Positions 1 through 6,722 of a stretch of 20,618 nucleotides of DNA are shown piece by piece. The stretch lies in the NCBI GenBank assembly GCA_043819075.1, contig JBDRFE010000004.1, positions 1-20,618 of the forward strand. Reading direction: 5' to 3'. Made by a program: the position numbers and the translations under genes. Under the pieces are notes generated by a model, which saw only the letters and a program-made list of their open reading frames with translations, was not told the origin of the DNA and made no database searches. The first letter of the stretch is position 1, and every line of letters begins with the position of its first letter. Source of the DNA: an archaeon (lineage in GTDB: Archaea > Iainarchaeota > Iainarchaeia > Iainarchaeales > 1-14-0-10-31-34).

Positions 1-5
1 AAAAA

Positions 6-398
6 TTATTTTTTGTAGAATTGTTGTCGCATGGCTATTTTTGCCTGTTCTTTTGCCCGTTCTTCAGTAGCGCCATCAGCCATAAACTTTCCAACAAAAA
101 TTTGCAATGCTTTGTCTCTTAAGAATCCCAGTTGTTTCATTGCATCGCCAAGACTATTGAATTTTAATTTTTTTGCTATTGCTTGGTTCAGAACCTCTTG
201 AGAAGGGTTTGGCGACATCCAATCAGGTTCTCCGCGAGTTTTAGGTTCTCCGGTCTTTTTAGGTGCATTAGAAGAAGGTTTTCCTTTTCTAAGGGAGTTT
301 TCTCCAGAAGAATCTTTGGCTTTAGCTGAAAAACTTTTTCCAGTTAATCTTCTCCTGAATCCAGAAACTGGCTTTCTTCTTTTCTGAAATCTCGGCAT
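6..398 (-). CDS. Hypothetical basic protein (~130 aa) with Lys/Arg-rich, probably disordered N-terminus
   Basis: ORF 6..410; ATG at 398 (MPRFQKRRKP...) preferred over the TTG at 410. Divergent from uppP. No family recognised. Confidence 0.6.
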   Translation of the reverse strand: MPRFQKRRKPVSGFRRRLTGKSFSAKAKDSSGENSLRKGKPSSNAPKKTGEPKTRGEPDWMSPNPSQEVLNQAIAKKLKFNSLGDAMKQLGFLRDKALQIFVGKFMADGATEERAKEQAKIAMRQQFYKK

Positions 399-464
399 AA
401 TCTCATTCAAATTAAATGCTTAAGTGGTTAAAATAGTTTACTGCAGAATATTTAAGTGATTTAA

Positions 465-1211
465 ATGGATTTAGTTCAGGCAGTGGTTTTAGGCTTATTG
501 CAGGGGGTAACTGAATGGCTGCCAATCAGCTCGCAGGGAAATACGATTATTGCAGCAGTAAAATTATTCGGCTTGAATCCAGAAACAGCTTTTTCTTATT
601 CTGTTTTGCTTCATTCAGGTACAATGCTTGCTGCATTAATTTATTTCAGAAAAGAATTCACTGAAATAATTTCATTAAAAAACAAAAACCTGCTTAAATT
701 CATTTTAATTGCATTAGCCGCAACAGGAATAACAGGAATTCCATTGTATTTGTTTGTTAAAAGCATTACAGGTTCAGGTTACATTACATTGTTTATTGGA
801 TTAATGCTGCTGGTTACAGGAATACTGCAGTGGAAAAAAAAACAGGAAAAAACAGCAAAAGAAAACAACAGAAACGCATTTATTTTAGGAATAGGGCAGG
901 GAATAAGTGTATTGCCTGGAATAAGCAGGAGCGGAATAACAACAACAGTTTTATTGTTTGAAGGATTCTCGCCGGAAAAAGCTTTCAGGCTGAGCTTTCT
1001 ATTGTCTGTTCCGGCAGTGTTTTTAGCTGAAGTGCTTTTCGGCTTAAAAGAAGGAATTACATTTGAATGGAATCTTCTTCTGGCCATAGCAATAGCATTT
1101 GTTTCAGGGTACATCAGCATAAAGTATCTGATAGAATTTGCAAAAAAAATTAATTTCAGTTATTTCTGCTTTGCAATAGGAATCTTCTACATAATCATCT
1201 CTTTTTTGTGA
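465..1211 (+). CDS. uppP: Undecaprenyl/polyprenyl-diphosphate phosphatase, BacA/UppP family
   Basis: Motifs QGVTEWLPISS and PGISRSG, then AFRLSFLLSVPA; multi-pass hydrophobic 248 aa. Confidence 0.93.
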   Translation: MDLVQAVVLGLLQGVTEWLPISSQGNTIIAAVKLFGLNPETAFSYSVLLHSGTMLAALIYFRKEFTEIISLKNKNLLKFILIALAATGITGIPLYLFVKSITGSGYITLFIGLMLLVTGILQWKKKQEKTAKENNRNAFILGIGQGISVLPGISRSGITTTVLLFEGFSPEKAFRLSFLLSVPAVFLAEVLFGLKEGITFEWNLLLAIAIAFVSGYISIKYLIEFAKKINFSYFCFAIGIFYIIISFL

Positions 1212-1343
1212 GTGTTTCTGGGCTTCTGAAAAGTTGTTGAAAAAAACCCAAAACTAACTGTTTTCAGTTAAAAAATGATTATTTAAGCCTTTTCCTGCTT
1301 TATTTTATACATAATGAGTTGGAGTGCTGACTAAGGGATTACA

Positions 1344-1706
1344 ATGATTGTAATTGATTTTTTCGTTAATTTGGTTTCACTTAACCTTCAGTGGTTTGTT
1401 GAATTAGGGATGAATAACCTAATCTGGGTTTTTGTTTTCCTTACAGCAGCTTTTGTTTACAACGAAATGCACTGGAGCCCTAAATACTTTTTTGTAAGCG
1501 TATTTTATATTCTGACTTTAGTTGAATTCGTGCCAATGCTTGGCTGGGTCTATCTTGTGGGCGGATTCTTTTTCCTTAACTATGTTAGCAGAATAACAAT
1601 CATGACTTTTGCAGGGCAGATTTCTTGGCTGAAAGACAGTTTTCCTGCAATAATGGCAGTGCAGTTCTGGTTAGTGTTAATTTATTATAATTTGTTTTTG
1701 GTGTGA
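1344..1706 (+). CDS. Small multi-pass membrane protein A1 (120 aa), paralog of 1887..2249
   Basis: Hydrophobic throughout. Shares IDFFV, LQWFVEL, AFVYN, LVGGF and YN with the 1887 ORF in a gap-free alignment. Confidence 0.8.
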   Translation: MIVIDFFVNLVSLNLQWFVELGMNNLIWVFVFLTAAFVYNEMHWSPKYFFVSVFYILTLVEFVPMLGWVYLVGGFFFLNYVSRITIMTFAGQISWLKDSFPAIMAVQFWLVLIYYNLFLV

Positions 1707-1885
1707 AAATGGGTGAAGGAACAGGAATTTCAGGAGGAATAAAAGTTTTCTTTGTTTTGTTTACTGTTCTCTTTGCATTAAACTTAATCGGAATAAAACT
1801 TTTTTCCGGAATCATTTATTCAGCTGAAGGGATTACAGGATTGTTTTTGATTTCAGTTTTAAACCAGCTGTTCATGAGGCTATAA
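1703..1885 (+). CDS. Small two-TM membrane protein B1 (58-60 aa), paralog of 2255..2434
   Basis: Overlaps the upstream stop (GTGA); alternative ATG at 1709. LNLIGI and C-terminal FMRL match the 2255 ORF. Confidence 0.7.
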   Translation: MKMGEGTGISGGIKVFFVLFTVLFALNLIGIKLFSGIIYSAEGITGLFLISVLNQLFMRL

Positions 1886-1886
1886 A

Positions 1887-2249
1887 ATGCTGTCAATAGA
1901 TTTTTTTGTAAAATTCGCGACACTCGATTTGCAGTGGTTTGTTGAATTAGCAATGGATAATCTGTTATGGGTGTTTTTGTTCATCGCGGTTGCATTTGTT
2001 TACAACAACAACAAGTTTTCGCTTAAAATGTTTTTAGTAATATTGATTTCAATTATCTCTTACATAGAATTCTTTGATGCGGTCGGAATAATCTTTCTTG
2101 TAGGAGGCTTTTTGTTTGTATATTATGCAGTAGAAGTGATTCTTTTGACTTTCACTGAAACAATGCCTCAATTAAAAGGAAAAATCGCGTTTGTCCTCAC
2201 AGTTTACTTTTTCGTCATGCTTACATTATACAACATCGGAGTGTTTTGA
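1887..2249 (+). CDS. Small multi-pass membrane protein A2 (120 aa)
   Basis: Colinear paralog of 1344..1706; starts 1 nt after the B1 stop. Confidence 0.8.
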   Translation: MLSIDFFVKFATLDLQWFVELAMDNLLWVFLFIAVAFVYNNNKFSLKMFLVILISIISYIEFFDAVGIIFLVGGFLFVYYAVEVILLTFTETMPQLKGKIAFVLTVYFFVMLTLYNIGVF

Positions 2250-2254
2250 TCTAA

Positions 2255-2434
2255 ATGATAAAAAAATCTTTGATTCAGGGACTGTATATCATGATATTGC
2301 TGTATCTTGCAGTAATTTTTCTTAACATATTGGGAATACAGGCATTTGATTATTCACCTTTGTTCAGTTCACAGGGAATGCTGTTGTTTTACATTTTCAT
2401 TTCCATCGGAACCTTAATGTTCATGAGAATTTAA
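2255..2434 (+). CDS. Small two-TM membrane protein B2 (59 aa; absent from the ORF track)
   Basis: Hand translation: MIKKSLIQGLYIMILLYLAVIFLNILGIQAFDYSPLFSSQGMLLFYIFISIGTLMFMRI. Matches B1 (LNxxGI, SxxG, IS, FMRx) and sits in the same position after an A gene. Confidence 0.75.
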   Translation: MIKKSLIQGLYIMILLYLAVIFLNILGIQAFDYSPLFSSQGMLLFYIFISIGTLMFMRI

Positions 2435-2465
2435 TAAAAAAAGTCATGTTTTCAGGTTAATCCCT

Positions 2466-2698
2466 CCTTTTCTTTTTGGGCAACAAATACTTTTTCTTTC
2501 TTCAGGCAACACCTTTTTCTTTTTGGGCAAGCATTTTCTTTCTTTGGGCACTACTAAAACTTTTTGGTTTTAGTGTGCATTTAATTCCTTGTGGAATTAA
2601 ATTGCAACTTGCACTTTCTTTCTTTTGGAACAACATGAAACCAAAGGTTTCATGTGCATCAGGAAATTTATTTCCTGATGAAGAAAGAAAGGGCAGAG
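2466..2698. repeat. Structured intergenic repeat element, expanded copy
   Basis: Five degenerate TTTTCTTT(C)TT-GG(G)CAAC units. Four perfect hairpins (2553-2574, 2579-2602, 2633-2655, 2657-2680) and a closing stem 2614-2624/2681-2691. Shares three blocks with 13198-13256. Confidence 0.8.
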
Positions 2699-2735
2699 TT
2701 AATCTTATTAATTTCATAAAACTAATTCTAATAGA

Positions 2736-3668
2736 ATGAAAAAAATAATTTTCGCACTGGCCTTGCTGGTTTTGTTCAGCGGCTGCATTGGATACTTTGA
2801 ATCAGCAGAAAAAACAAGCACTTTTGAAATAGGAAAAGAAAAAATTTCCACAGAAATTTATTATGAGGGAGGGCTTTCAGAAAAAGGAAAAGCAGTTGAA
2901 GACTGTACAAAAGAATTAAAGGAATTGTTCCCTTCAGCTGAAGCTGGATTAGAGGCAAACATAAACAACCCGGATGAAAAAGAAAGGGAATTAGTTAAAG
3001 CAAAATTACTGTTTTTAAGGGAAATAAAAGCTTCAGTTAAATGCACACTGGAAAAAGAAGGGCTTTTAGGAAAACTTACAATAAGGTTTGAGAATTCAAG
3101 GGAAACAGTGAAAAAATTAAGCGGGCTTGCACCACAGGAAGGCTTTGTTTTAACTGACATCAACAAAGAATATTCTTTTCTGCTGATAAAAAAAGAAACA
3201 AAAGATTATTTCTCTGAAAAAATAACCAAAGAAAATCTGAAAATAAAAATTGACGGCGAAACAATTGAAGTTGTCCCAGACAGTTTTTCAATAAAAGACT
3301 CTTTCATCCAGTTCCAGGACACAAAAAACTTTGACGTGAATTTCATTAAAATGGAATTCAGGGAAGAAAAGCCGGTTGAATTCCCTTTTGTCCTTGTTGC
3401 AGCAGGTTTTATTGTATTAATTGCATTAAGCGTGATTTTTGTCATATGGAGGCAGAGAAAACCTGAAGAAATATTTGAGAAATCAGAGGAAGAAATAAAA
3501 AACAAGATGAAAAAAGAATTAGTTAACGGATTAGGCACAACAGAAATACAGATACTCAGCGTGGAAAGGGTTCCGGATGGCTTTGAAACAGAAGTAATAA
3601 TTAAAACAAGAAAATACAATATTTCTTTTAACTCAAAAGGCGAGTTAATGAACTATATAAGAATTTAA
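2736..3668 (+). CDS. Putative lipoprotein with a C-terminal TM helix and small C-terminal domain
   Basis: MKK, hydrophobic core and lipobox-like LFSGC; TM segment FPFVLVAAGFIVLIALSVIFVIW followed by RQRK. Confidence 0.75.
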   Translation: MKKIIFALALLVLFSGCIGYFESAEKTSTFEIGKEKISTEIYYEGGLSEKGKAVEDCTKELKELFPSAEAGLEANINNPDEKERELVKAKLLFLREIKASVKCTLEKEGLLGKLTIRFENSRETVKKLSGLAPQEGFVLTDINKEYSFLLIKKETKDYFSEKITKENLKIKIDGETIEVVPDSFSIKDSFIQFQDTKNFDVNFIKMEFREEKPVEFPFVLVAAGFIVLIALSVIFVIWRQRKPEEIFEKSEEEIKNKMKKELVNGLGTTEIQILSVERVPDGFETEVIIKTRKYNISFNSKGELMNYIRI

Positions 3669-3677
3669 GGGAAAAAA

Positions 3678-4112
3678 ATGGATGAAAAAAAAAGCAACCA
3701 GATAGAAGAAATTGTTGACGCAATTAAAGGAAAGAAAAAGCCTGAAGAAAGAAAAAAAGAAAACCTGGAAAAAAATGAAGCAGGAAAAATTTCAGGAAAA
3801 ACAGGAACAGCAGAAAAAGCTTTTGGCAGAACAGCTGAAACAGGAAAAACCCATGAAGGAACCGGGGCAACAGGAAAACCAGTTATTGAAAAAGAACGTG
3901 AAGAAGAAATAGAAAAAATGATTGGATTGCTGAAAAAAGATGATGATGAACTGCTGAAAAAAGACAGGCTGACAGAAAAAGTAAACAAATTAGTTGAAGA
4001 AACAGAAAAAGAATTAGGCCAGATAAAATTTACAGGAATAAAACCTGAAAGAGAAAAGAAAAAAGAAAATGCATTAAGCTACTTGAAAAAACTTGTGAAA
4101 AAAAAATCATGA
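3678..4112 (+). CDS. Hypothetical highly charged (Lys/Glu) protein with a Gly/Thr/Lys-rich linker
   Basis: 144-aa ORF 9 nt after the upstream stop; A-rich codon style like neighbouring genes. Confidence 0.65.
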   Translation: MDEKKSNQIEEIVDAIKGKKKPEERKKENLEKNEAGKISGKTGTAEKAFGRTAETGKTHEGTGATGKPVIEKEREEEIEKMIGLLKKDDDELLKKDRLTEKVNKLVEETEKELGQIKFTGIKPEREKKKENALSYLKKLVKKKS

Positions 4113-4763
4113 AACAATTACTTCACTGTTGTCTTTTAAGCCCAATTTTTTCCTTAAATCCAGCGGAGAAATTATTTCAACTATGTTTTCAGAGTGAGTG
4201 GTTCTTTCAGGAACAATTACTGTTGCATCAACTGAATTATTCAGTTTTACCCTGAAAAGACAAGCAGAGCCAAAAGACCTTTCCCTGCCGGAAAAGCCTT
4301 TGATTAAAATCTTTTTTTTTGATGAAAGAAAATCAGTTAATTCAAATTCATTTACTTCAAGGTTTAGTGTGCCGGGAAAAACTTTTTTGCCTAATTTTTC
4401 CTTGAACTGTTTCTGGTAGCCAGGAATATTAATGTAATATTTTCCTTCACCAAGACCGGATTTTACTTTGCCTGAAATCTCGCTGCTTTTTTTTTCTGAA
4501 AAAATTCCTTCAAGCTCATGCTTTCTTTTAATTAAAGCCTTTCTTCCTTTTTCTGTAAGGGAAATGACATTGCCTGAACTAAACACTTTTCTTTCAATAA
4601 ACCCGTTTGAAGCAAGAAAAACAAGTTTTCTTGAAACAGACTGCTGGGAAATCCCTAATTCAACTGCAATTCCAGAAGTTGATGCTTTAAATGAACCTGA
4701 CATGCCTGCTTTTTTTGCAATGAACAGCAATACAAAAAAGTTTTTTTCAGGAAAAGCTTCCAT
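4107..4763 (-). CDS. ribK: CTP-dependent riboflavin kinase with N-terminal winged HTH (RbkR-type architecture)
   Basis: HTH STSGIAVELGISQQSVSRKL; kinase motifs GKVKSGLGEGKYY, FPGTLNL, PERTTH, EIISPLDLRKKLGLKD. ATG at 4763 preferred over TTG at 4853. Confidence 0.92.
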   Translation of the reverse strand: MEAFPEKNFFVLLFIAKKAGMSGSFKASTSGIAVELGISQQSVSRKLVFLASNGFIERKVFSSGNVISLTEKGRKALIKRKHELEGIFSEKKSSEISGKVKSGLGEGKYYINIPGYQKQFKEKLGKKVFPGTLNLEVNEFELTDFLSSKKKILIKGFSGRERSFGSACLFRVKLNNSVDATVIVPERTTHSENIVEIISPLDLRKKLGLKDNSEVIVS

Positions 4764-4896
4764 AAAATAAACAAAAGAAAAATACAAATTAAAATACAAT
4801 GCCAAGAACAATGTTAAGAAAAAAACAGTAAAACAGGAAAACCTGCAAAACAATAAAAAAAATGCCTGAAAGAAAAAAACAGCTGATTCAACATAA

Positions 4897-4908
4897 TACT
4901 TTAAATTC
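4897..4908 (+). promoter_or_regulatory. Candidate TATA box in the divergent ribK/rpoH intergenic region
   Basis: CTTTAAAT at 4899-4906, about 100 nt upstream of rpoH. The AT-rich background makes this weak. Confidence 0.3.
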
Positions 4909-5003
4909 TTTTCTGACGGTAATTTGTTAGATTACTTGCTTAATCGTTTATGGTGCCTTTTACTCTTTAAAAAAAAGCATTTTTTCTCTCTGGTGATGAT
5001 TTT

Positions 5004-5246
5004 TTGGTAAAAAAACTGAGTTCTATAATGAATCATGTTCTGGTTCCGATTCACGAAATTATTGCAGAAGAAGAAGCTAAAGAAATAATAAAAAAATTCG
5101 GGCAGAAAAAAGAAAAATTCCCGCAGATTTTATTGTCTGACCCTGTAATAGAAGAATTAGCTGCAAAAAAAGGCGACTTAATCAGGATTACAAGAGAAAG
5201 CCCTACAGCAGGCAAAAGCACTTACTATAGACTGGTGGTCAAGTGA
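5004..5246 (+). CDS. rpoH: DNA-directed RNA polymerase subunit H (Rpo5)
   Basis: HVLVPIHEI, FPQILLSDP, RESPTAGKSTYYRLVV; GGTGA SD at 4992-4996 before a TTG start. Confidence 0.96.
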   Translation: MVKKLSSIMNHVLVPIHEIIAEEEAKEIIKKFGQKKEKFPQILLSDPVIEELAAKKGDLIRITRESPTAGKSTYYRLVVK

Positions 5247-6718
5247 ACGGCTGGCCATTAATCAAATCTTATTTTGAAAGCAAAAACATTTCACAGCAGG
5301 AAATAGATTCATTCAACCAGTTCATTGAAATAAAATTAGATGAAATTGTAGAGGAAAACAAAACCATTGTGCCAAAAATAGAGGAAGTAAAAATTGAACT
5401 GAAAAACATTGAAGTATTAAAGCCAAAAATAATTGAAGCAGACGGTTCTCCTAGAGCAAATTTTTTCCCAATGGAAGCAAGAATCAGGAACAGGACTTAT
5501 TCAGGGCCGTTATTTCTTACAATGAAACTGCTTAGAAGAGACGTAGAGCAAGACGAAAAAAGAGCTTATATTGGCGAACTACCCGTAATGCTGAAATCAA
5601 ACCGCTGCTGGCTTGAAGGATTAAACCCAGAAGAATTAATTGAAGTAGGCGAAGACCCAATGGATTTTGGAGCATACTTTATAATCAACGGCTCAGAAAA
5701 AGCCCTGATGACACAAGAAGTGCTTTCATCTGACAGAGTGTTGGTTTCAAAACAGACAGACAAATGCATTGCAGAAGTGATTTCAACCAAAGGCGCATTC
5801 AAGGGAAGAGTGAGAATAACAAGAAGCATTGACGGAGTATTATATGTAACTTTTCCTTCTTCGCCAAGAAAACTAAAATTATTTGTTTTATTAAAAGCAT
5901 TAGGATTAACAAACGAAAAAGAAATTATCGGCGCTTTCCCGGAAGAAAAAGAAACAATGAATGATGTTTTATTAAACCTTGAACTTGATGATGAAACAAA
6001 AAAAGAAAACGATGCATTAGACAAAATAGGAAAATATGTTGCTCCAGGGCAGGTCATTGAATACAGGCTGAGAAGAGCAAAAGAAGTAATTGATGCATTC
6101 TTATTGCCTCACATAGGCCAGAGAGCAGAAGACAGGCTGGCAAAAGCATATTATCTGGCTATGATGGCAACAAAAGCAGTTGAATTAAGTTATGGATTAA
6201 GGGCAGAAGACGACAAAGACCATTACAAAAACAAAAGATTAGAGTTAAGCGGAAAACTAATGGAGCACTTGTTCAGGTATTCATTCAAATACTTTATTAA
6301 AGATTTAAAGTTCCAGATTGACAGGACAGTTACAAGGAGAAGGAAACTAAATATTTCAACTGTTGTAAGGCCTGGGGCAATAAGCGAAAGAATTAGGTTT
6401 GCAATGTCAACAGGCAACTGGATTGGAAGAGCAACAGGCGTTTCAAAATTCATGGAAAGAGTAAATTATTTAGCTCCATTAACTGATTTAAGGAAAGTGA
6501 AAAGCCCTTTGGATAAAAACAGGGAATTATATGAGGCAAGAGATGTTCACGGAACACACTGGGGAAGGCTTGACCCGATTGAAACACCTGACGGACCTCA
6601 ATGTGGTTTAGTAAAAAACTTAAGTTTATTGGCTGAAGTGACAGTTGACACACCAGAAGAGCCAATAGAAAAAATACTTGACTCAATGAATGTTAAACTA
6701 AAAAAAATTATAGGTTGA
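5243..6718 (+). CDS. rpoB2: DNA-directed RNA polymerase subunit B'' (Rpo2N)
   Basis: PMEARIRNRTYS, GAYFIINGSEK, DDKDHYKNKRL, HWGRLDPIETPDG, GLVKNL. Confidence 0.96.
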   Translation: MNGWPLIKSYFESKNISQQEIDSFNQFIEIKLDEIVEENKTIVPKIEEVKIELKNIEVLKPKIIEADGSPRANFFPMEARIRNRTYSGPLFLTMKLLRRDVEQDEKRAYIGELPVMLKSNRCWLEGLNPEELIEVGEDPMDFGAYFIINGSEKALMTQEVLSSDRVLVSKQTDKCIAEVISTKGAFKGRVRITRSIDGVLYVTFPSSPRKLKLFVLLKALGLTNEKEIIGAFPEEKETMNDVLLNLELDDETKKENDALDKIGKYVAPGQVIEYRLRRAKEVIDAFLLPHIGQRAEDRLAKAYYLAMMATKAVELSYGLRAEDDKDHYKNKRLELSGKLMEHLFRYSFKYFIKDLKFQIDRTVTRRRKLNISTVVRPGAISERIRFAMSTGNWIGRATGVSKFMERVNYLAPLTDLRKVKSPLDKNRELYEARDVHGTHWGRLDPIETPDGPQCGLVKNLSLLAEVTVDTPEEPIEKILDSMNVKLKKIIG

Positions 6719-6722
6719 AAAA

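Noticed and set aside
1255..1270. Small inverted repeat TAACTG-TTTT-CAGTTA
   Set aside because: A 6-bp stem is expected by chance in AT-rich DNA; it cannot be supported as an operator or terminator.
2466..2698. CRISPR array
   Set aside because: Units are degenerate, spacing is irregular, the inserts are themselves palindromic, and no cas genes are in the window.
2534..2698. tRNA or other known ncRNA
   Set aside because: Multi-hairpin but AT-rich, with no T-loop GTTC motif, acceptor stem or other hallmark I recognise.
2476..2739. ORFs 2476..2739 (+) and 2502..2717 (-)
   Set aside because: They run across the low-complexity hairpin element, have no clear SD and give unrecognisable products; probably incidental.
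4107..4112. TCATGA palindrome where convergent genes overlap by 6 nt
   Set aside because: An ordinary compact-genome overlap of convergent gene ends.
4764..4853. Hydrophobic N-terminal extension of RibK
   Set aside because: It is the translation of a T-rich intergenic tract from a TTG; ATG 4763 gives a normal HTH-kinase length.
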